From Mobula hypostoma (lineage: Eukaryota), in NCBI RefSeq assembly GCF_963921235.1, contig NC_086108.1, positions 104,596,001 through 104,660,000 on the forward strand: a stretch of DNA of 64,000 nt, written 5' to 3'. Numbering within the stretch: position 1 is the first letter of the stretch; each line of letters starts with the position of its first letter. A model generated the notes under the pieces. That model saw only the letters and a list, made by a program, of their open reading frames with translations. It did not search any database and was not told where the DNA came from. The position numbers were made by a program, and so were the translations under genes. This document shows positions 50,701-59,700 of this stretch, piece after piece.

Positions 50701-53700
50701 CACATTGCCCATGATGAGAGACGGGAGACGCGGCTTATAACTTCTCCTCTCCATAAGCCTCTGTTGTCTTGACCCGGTCCTCCTCCCTCGCCTTTTTGAT
50801 CCCCCTCTGCATCCTCTGTGTGTTTTCCTCCAGATTTCAGCCGGGGTGTCCGCCGCTCTGTTCACTAAACCAGCCGGCATAAGCGCAATCAGCTGGTCCC
50901 TGGAATAAACAATGCGACCATACTGTTGCCCCGCTAATGAGATGTGTCCGAATGTAACTATTTCCAGCGCTAAAAAAACAAATAAAACTCTCTCCACCAG
51001 CATGTTAGAGAGGGTGCAGCTTCAACGTGTTACCGTGAGAAAAAAAAACAACAAATAACCTAAGTTAAAAAGTTTAAAAAGTAAGAAAATAGACGGAGCA
51101 ACTGTAACAGGCTGCATGCACGACCGGCGCATGCGCACAAAAAAACTCAATCCCTATATGCTCCCATGAATATACTGGTATTACCTCCTGATGGCAATCT
51201 CCTCATAGTTAATGGCAATCTGCTTACCATTAACCAGACACAGAAAATTATATCTGAGCAATTAATGTCCCTCATCGTGTAAGTGGTGACAATCAGAAAC
51301 ACAATACCTCTTGCAACTCATAGATGTTCTGATTCCTCTTAATGCTGATCTGAAGCATGTTGAGAATGCCCCGTTGGATGTTGAGGACGTTTTCAGAAAT
51401 GCCTCGACGGGCAAAGAGATTTCCAACTCGCCCCCAGTTGTACTCAAATATGACTGGCTGGGTCAGCTGGGGAGTCAACTTCCGAGTCAGTTTCCGAGAC
51501 GGAATGAACTCCTCATCCGGCCAAGACCCACTGAACTCATGGATTTCAGGTGACAAGAGCTGAAGATAGAAAAGAGTAATATACTTTTAATGATATGTCT
51601 TTTTACAGAGTACTGTCTACACTTCCCGCCACCTCATGAAAGAAGCCAATGTAATCAAGGACCCCTCCCACCCTAATCATTCTTTCCTCTCCCCTCTCAT
51701 CCAGCAGATGACAGAAACGTTCAGGTACGGGTACCACCAGACTCAAGGACAGCTTCTATCCCACTGTTATCACACTCTAGAAAGTTCACCTGCACCTCCA
51801 CTTCCTCAGGTAGCTAACAAAATTTGTTATGTTCCATTTTACCCTCACCAAATTCTTTTCATATAGCACAGAGGACATCTTATCCTGATATGGCAACTGC
51901 TCTATCCATGACCACAAGAAATTGAACAGAGTCGTGGAGTCATGGAAGCCTTCCCTCCTGTCTACTCTTTCTGCTGCCTTGAGAAAGCAACCAACATTAT
52001 CAAGGACCCCTTCACCCTCGTCATTCTCTCTTCTTTTCTCTCCTATCCGGCAGAAGACAGAACACGTACCATCAGGCTCAAAGACAACTTTTATCCCATT
52101 GTTATCAGATTCTCGAATGGATCTCTCAGATGCTAAAAGGTGGAAGTCTGTATCTCCAAGTTAACCCATTGAGTCCCATGTATTTTATTTGTCAACCTGC
52201 ACCTTACGTTCTCTGTAACTGCGACACAAACTTCTGACCCGTCCAGATGAAGGCTCTTGACCCTAGATGTTGACTTTCTATTTCCTTCCATAGATGCTGA
52301 GTTTCTCTCCCAACCTGCTGAGGTTCTTCAGTGTTTTGTGAGTTGCTCCAGATTCTAGCATCTGCAGTCCTTCTCTCCCTCAGTCACTATATTTTATATT
52401 CTGCATACAGAAGTTTAAATTGTGTCTATTGCATCTGGTGCTCCCGATGTGGTCTCTGCTACATTGATGAGACCAATCATAAATTGGGGGACCACTTCGT
52501 CAAGTACCTCTGCACCATCTACCAGAAGTGGGACTTCCTGGTGGCCAAACATTTTAATTCTGTTTCCCGTTTCCTTTCTGAAGTGTCAATCCATGGCCTC
52601 CTCTTGTGCCATGATGAGGCCGCCCTTGGGGTGGAGGAGCAACACCTTATATTTCATTTGGGTACCCTCTGACCTGATGGCATGAATATCGATTTCTCCC
52701 ACCGGTGAACAAAAATTCCCTCTCCTCTATTTCCCACTCTTGCCTTTTAATTCTTCTCCAATTTCAGAGAACTATATACATGCACCTGGAGGTATCACTG
52801 TTCAATAACTCTCCCCAGGGCTGTACCACCTTCTCTTCATGTCCTGTCCTGCCTTAACCTAACAACGTATGAAGACAGTTTTGGTTTACCCAATGGTGAG
52901 GCCACCCTCAGGTTGGAGAAGCACAATCATGCTCATGGAAGTACCATGATCGCCCACGTCATACAACATGGCACTTAACAAAAGAACGAATGTGTTTCAC
53001 TGCATCTTTCAATGTGCGTGTGACAAACAAAGCTAATATCTTTGTCTTTATTTAAACACAGGTTTCTGGCTCACAGCTGATACAGTATTTGTGACTTGGC
53101 TTCCAGTGAGATTTCCTGAGGCCACGAGCAGAAAGCATACTGTACTTTCTGATTTAGTTTAGTTCATGCCATGTACAGCAGGGTAAAATGAGATTCTTTG
53201 TTCATGTGAAACTCACAGAGTAAAATGGCAATAGTTCCTTCAGGTTGTTATAGTGGGGGGGGGGGGTTGATAATGGGGATAAGCTTCCACAACCTATTAA
53301 ATTCTCCCAATGGCGTGCTCCTCAAATAGCCTCTGAGAACCAAGTCAAGCTCTTGGCCTTCATGAATGGCTTAACGACTAAGCCAGACGGAGCTGTTTCT
53401 ACTGACAGGAGAACAGCCAAAACCAGCTTACTGGCACCTTAAAACAACTCGATTTGGGCAGATGGGTTTTGTCAGCCAAGGTTGGCTGCTTCTCAAGGAG
53501 AAGGAAAACTCTGATCTCAAATTTCCGTAGTCTTGGCTATACCCACTCATGGAGGAGATTTCGGGAGTAAACCCAGAGGGAAAATTCCAGAGCTGGAATC
53601 CCTGAAGTAGTCTTAGATTGAGTTCAACACTGACTGGCAATTCCTGTAACACCGCTGCTGCCAAACTGTATTGGTCTCTGTCCATTCCTTTGGATTCATC

Positions 53701-56700
53701 AGATGCGTGGAGAGGGGGAGCCTGCTGCATAGGTAACAGCTTGCTCTCCATATTGTACTGCCCTGACTTGTGGACTGGATGGCATATCATAGAGACAGCT
53801 CGGACACAAAATCCACGGTCTACCTCGACCAATGGAGGGCCTCCAAAACATGGCAATAATAAATACAACACTAAATACTGCAACAAGAACATAATAGATC
53901 AGAACAGTGCAGAGATCACAGTGCAGAGATCACAGTGCACACTAAGGCAGTGCTAAAAGAAATGCTGAAGTAACAAGAGCAGAAGTGGTAGAATTAAGGA
54001 CTCACTAACATGGCAGCCCCACCAGGAAGGGGATGTGAGGGAGGTGTTTGGTTCAGGAGTCTGACAGCAGCGGGGTTGAAGGTGTTTTCGAGTCTGGTCA
54101 ACTGGGCTTTCAAACTCCTTTATTTTCTCCCAGAAGGTAGAAGAGAAAAAATAAAGGAATGACTAGAGAGGCAGGTAGCCTTGATGATACGGTTAACCTT
54201 CCTGAATGAACACACTATGAAGATGGACTAGAAGGAAGGATACGGCGGGGGGGGGGGGTGCGGGTAGCACAGTTACACTATCACAATGCCAGTAAGCTGT
54301 GTCTGAAATGAGTTTGTATGCTCTTCCTGTGACTGCTGTTGGCTCCCTCGGGATGCGCTGGTTTCCTCCCACATTCCAAAGACGTACAGGTCAGCAAGTT
54401 AAATGGTCACATGGGTATAATTGGATGGTGCAAGCTCATTGGGCCGGAAGGGCCCGTTAGCGTACTGTATGTCCAAATAAATAAATATCCAGAGAGCTTA
54501 AATAATGATGGCTGGTGGCACTCGCAGAAGGTAGAAGCTCCTTACCTTGAGGACATAGTTCCTCTGCCCCTTTGCACTGATTTCCACTTTGCTGGTGATC
54601 TTAAGACCTCCTTTAGTCAGTTCTTTTTCTGGAAGGCCCGTAAAAATGACCCCTTGATACTGGTAAAGGTAAACTTTCTTTGGATTGAAAAATGGCTCTG
54701 TAAGTGAAAAGCACCCAATGAGTGATTAACTACCACCAGGGCCTGTATAAGGGATTGTGAGGAATGCTGAGAAGATCATCGGGGTCTCTCTTCCACCCAC
54801 CTGAGATATTTATCAGGAGCACTGCATATGCCGGGCTCTTAGCATAGTCAATGATCTCTCCCACCCGTCCCTATTATCAGGGAGGAGGTACCATGGCATT
54901 AGGACAAGAAACAGTTCTTCCCCCAGGCTGTGAGATTACTGAACTCCCTGCCACCACCCAGGTCTCAACATGTACTGTATTAAGCACCAGCAGTATTAAA
55001 CTGTTCACTTCTTAACGTGTTGTAAATGCACCTTTCACCAAATGTCAATTGCCTGGAATATATTTTATGATTTATTAATTTATTTCTATTAATATCACAT
55101 TATGCATTGTGTATAATCATATGTACTGTGTTGTGCACCTTGCAATAGGATTAGCTGAAATTTTTTTTGTTTGGCAGTATGCATGCATATGGTTGAATGA
55201 CGATAAACTTGAACTTTATAAAAGTTGGCATGCTTAAGCGAAGTCCTTACCGTACTGTAGTTGCTGGCTTCCTGTGGGGTAAAAAAAAAGAATCTTAAAA
55301 TAAATGCGAAGTTCACAAAGCAATTTGCAAATTTACTCTTAGTCTGTACTTAATATTTCACTTGAATGATTAGAGCCATGGAGTATAAAAGGTCTTGGCC
55401 TAAAACGTCAAATATTTACTCCTCTCCATAGATGCTGCCTGGCCTGGTGAGATTGTTCAGTATTTGTGTGTTTTGCCTCATGGTCATAGAGAAACAAGTC
55501 CACACCGACCATAAACCGCTCATTTAGGCAACTCTACATGAATCTTTTTTCTATTCTCTTTATTTTCTCTCAATTCTTTCCATTCATCAACACTTAGAGA
55601 CAACTTACAGTTGGCAAATCAACTACCAGTGTGAACTCCTCTGGTATGTGCCTGGATCTCAGGTAGGGGAGAACATGCAGACACCACCTAGAGAGCACCT
55701 GAAGTCATGAGCGAACCCACGTCGCTGGTGCAATGAAGTGAAGACACTACTATCTGTGCCTTCTAGTAGAAGAGGTAATTTGATCCATCAGGTTCATGCA
55801 GCGCTCAATTTCAGATGGTGATGAGATGAGGTACAGGAATGAGATATATCAACTAGTTGAGTGGTGTTGCAGCAACAACCTTGGACTCAACATCAGTATC
55901 AAAGAACTGATTGTAAACTTTAGAAAGGAGAAGAAGAGGGAACACACACCAGTCCTCATAGAGGGATCAGAAATGGAAAGAGTGAGTAACTTCAAGTTCC
56001 TGGGTGTCGATAACTCTGAGGATCTACCCTGGACCCAACAGTGGCTATAGTTCACTAGGAATTTGAGGAGATTTGGTACGTCATCAAAGACACTCGTAAA
56101 TTTCTACAGATGTACTGTGGAGAGCATTTTAACTGGCTGCATCACTGTCTGGTATTGGGGGTGGGGTGGGGTGGGGGGAGCTACTGTACAGGATTGAATT
56201 AAGCTGCAGAAAGTTGTAAACTCATTCAGCTCCATTTTGGGAACAGCCTCTGTAGTATCCAGAAAACCTTCGAGGAACAATGCCTCAAAAAGGCGGCATC
56301 TATGATTAAGGACCCCCATCACCCAGGATCCTTGTTCTCCTTATTTTCACCCATCACCCTTGTTTTCATTGCTCCCATCAAGGAGGTACAGAAGCCTGAA
56401 GGCATGCACTCAATGATTCAGGAGCAGTTTCTTCCCCTCTGCATCCGACTTCTGAATGGACATTGAACCATGAACACTACTTCACTACTTTATTATTTCT
56501 ATTTTTGCACTGTTTATTTAATTTAACTATTTCACACACACACACACACACACACCTATATATAAACACATAGATACATACACATTATAATTTAAACGTA
56601 AACAACAGGAATTCTGCAGATGCTGGAAATTCAAGCAACATACATCAAAGTTGCTGGTGAACGCAGCAGGCCAAGCAGCATCTATAGGAAGAGGCGCAGT

Positions 56701-59700
56701 CGACGTTTCAGGCCGAGACCCTTCGTCAGGACTAACTGAAGGAAGAGTGAGTAAGGGATTTGAAAGCTGGAGGGGGAGGGGGAGATCCAAAATGATAGGA
56801 GAAGACAGGAGGGGGAGGGATAGAGCCGAGAGCTGGACAGGTGATAGGCAAAAGGGGATACGAGAGGATCATGGGACAGGAGGCCTAGGGAGAAAGACGG
56901 GGGGGGGGGTGACCCAGAGGATGGGCAAGAGGTATATTCAGAGGGACAGAGGGAGAAAAAGGAGAGTGAGAGAAAGAATGTGTGCATAAAAAGGAGTAAC
57001 AGCTGGGGTACGAGGGGGAGGTGGGGCCTAGCGGAAGTTAGAGAAGTCAATGTTCATGCCATCAGGTTGGAGGCTACCCAGACGGAATATAAGGTATTGT
57101 TCCTCCAACCTGAGTGTGGCTTCATCTTTACAGTAGAGGAGGCCGTGGATAGACATGTCAGAATGGGAATGGGATGTGGAATTAAAATGTGTGGCCACTG
57201 GGAGATCCTGCTTTCTCTGGCGGACAGAGCGTAGATGTTCAGCAAAGCGGTCTCCCAGTCTGCGTCGGGTCTCACCAATATATAAAAGGCCACATTGGGA
57301 GCACCGGACGCAGTATATCACCCCAGTCGACTCACAGGTGAAGTGATGCCTCACCTGGAAGGACTGTTTGGGGCCCTGAATGGTGGTAAGGGAGGAAGTG
57401 TAAGGGCATGTGTAGCACTTGTTCCGCTTACACGGATAAGTGCCAGGAGGGAGATCAGTGGGGAGGGATGGGGGGGACGAATGGACAAGGGTCTGGAGAC
57501 CTAATCAGTTCCCCTCTACCACCACTCTGCTCCGTCTAGCGGAATTAGTCCTTACTCTTAATAATTTCTCCTTTTGCTCCTCCCATTTCCTCCAAACTAA
57601 AGGTGTAGCTTTACTCACTCTTCCTTCAGTTAGTCCTGACGAAGGGTCTCGGCCTGAAACGTCGACTGCGCCTCTTCCTATAGATGCTGCTTGGCCTGCT
57701 GCGTTCACCAGCAACTTTGATGTATGTTACACATTATAATTACTTTTTTTATTATCATGTATTGAATTGTACTGTTGCTGCAAAGAAAAAATTTTGCCAC
57801 ATATGCCGATGATATTAAACCTGGTTCTCATTCTGATTAACCTCAATCCAAAATTTTCTCCTCTGCTGAAGGGGAAAGAATAGCGAGGACTAATAACCAG
57901 TAAATGGGGACATGAATTGTGCTAATGTGGTAACAGGGAAGTGCAAGCAAAACATAGAGTTAAAGACGTGGAATTCTGCAGCAATGATACCCAAGTTTCG
58001 GGAACTTCACTCATTATGATATAGAGTGCCTCTATTGTTGTAATGGAACATTCAATCAATTTTCTGTTAGATCTATGGATAATCATTTTATTTTGTAATC
58101 AGGACCTAGTCTGTTACTTAATTAAGTCTTTCTGTAGCCACCATTCTGTTTTCAAAATGTCGTTTTACTGATAAACTCGTCAGAGAGTGTAAGAGATGTC
58201 CAAATTCTTGCTCAGGTAGCTCAGCTGAGGAGATCACTCATTCTTGCAGTTTGCTCCTACGTCCTCACAAAAAGGGCCTGAAAAGTGGCGGATGGAATTT
58301 AATGCAGATAAGTGTGATCTTTTGCACTTCTGTAGGATCAACCTGGGTAGGTCTTGCACAGTGAACAGCAGGGCACTGAGGAGTGTGGTAGAACAAAGGG
58401 ATCTGGGAATACAGCTACGTAATTCACTGAAAGTGGCATCACAGATAGATGGGGTCATAAAGAATGCTTTTGGCACATTGGTCTTCATAAATCAAAGTAC
58501 TGGTGTAGGAGATGGGATGTTATGTTGAAGTTGTATAAGATGTTGGTGAGTTTTGGTCACCCACATACAGGAAAGATGTAAATAAGGCTGAAAGACTACA
58601 GATAAAATGTACAAGGATGTTGCTGTGTCTGGGGGACCTGAGGGAAGACTGAATAAGTGAGGACTTTATTTCTTGGAATGTAGAGGATTGAGTGGAGATT
58701 TGATAGAGGAATACAGAATTATGAGGGTAAATGTAAGCAGGCTTTTTTTTTACACAGAGGTTGGGTGGGACTACAACCAGAAGTCATGGGTTAAGGGTGA
58801 AAGGTAAAACGTTTAAGGAGAACGTGTGGGAAGACTTACTCCCTCAGTGGGTGGTGAGAGTGTGGAACGAGCTGCCAGTGCAAGTGATGCATGCGAGCTT
58901 GATTGCAATGTTGAAGTGAAGTTTAGATAGCTATATGTATGGTTGGCGTATAGAGGGCTATGGTCATAGAGTCATAGAGAAGTACAGTACATAAACAAAT
59001 CCTTTTGCCCATCTAGTGCATGCCAAAACCATTTAAACTGCCTACTCCCGTCAACCTGCACTGCGACCATAGCCTTCCATATCCCTATTATCCAGGTGCC
59101 TATCCAAACTTCTCTTAAACATGGAAATCGAACTCGCATGCACCACTTGCACTGGCAGGTCATTCCACACTCTCACGAGCCTCTGAGTGAAGGTTATTGA
59201 CGGTGCAGGTCAATGGAGTGGGCAGTTTAAATTGTACAGCATGGACTAGATGGGCAGAAGGACCTGCTTCAGTGCTGTACTTTTCTATGACTCCATAACT
59301 CTAACCCTACAAGACTATTTCTGAATAGCAACTAACCAATTTCATTTTATAAATGAAACCACTGTAGAATTAGTTCCCCACGTTTGGTAGAAAGAAGAAG
59401 AAGAAGAAAGCCCTTTACTCCAGCGGTATCATTGGGACGTCGTCATGACGGTGTTTTTTTAGCAGGCTTTCTTATTTTTACGAGGCCGAGTTGCTGGCTC
59501 GACGCTCAACCCAGCACGGATAGAAAGCGTGCAAGGGAGCCGGCTGGATTCGAACTCGGGAGCCTTCGCTCCAAAGTCCGGTGCTGATGCCGCTGCGCCA
59601 CCAGCCGGCTCCACGTTTGGTAATATACTCTAAATTGCAAAAAGAAAAGGAAAATAAAGTCCCCTCATCTAGAACATAGAATACAGTGCCATCTTTTTAG

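Larger units (their letters stand above)
56593..57727. mobile_element. Young Penelope-like insertion with inverted terminal segment
   Basis: Minus GIY-YIG ORF 57028-57354; plus RT fragment approx. 57500-57610; plus pLTR 57611-57728; TSD TACACATTATAATT. Confidence 0.9.

Noticed and set aside
53250..53860. HDV-like ribozyme at the 5' end of an RTE-related non-autonomous repeat
   Set aside because: Possible P2 (CTCTTG/CAGGAG) and P3 (GCC/GGC) but no convincing P1; needs a descriptor search.
59540..59610. Genuine tRNA gene
   Set aside because: No full cloverleaf; followed by a SINE body, simple-repeat tail and TSD.
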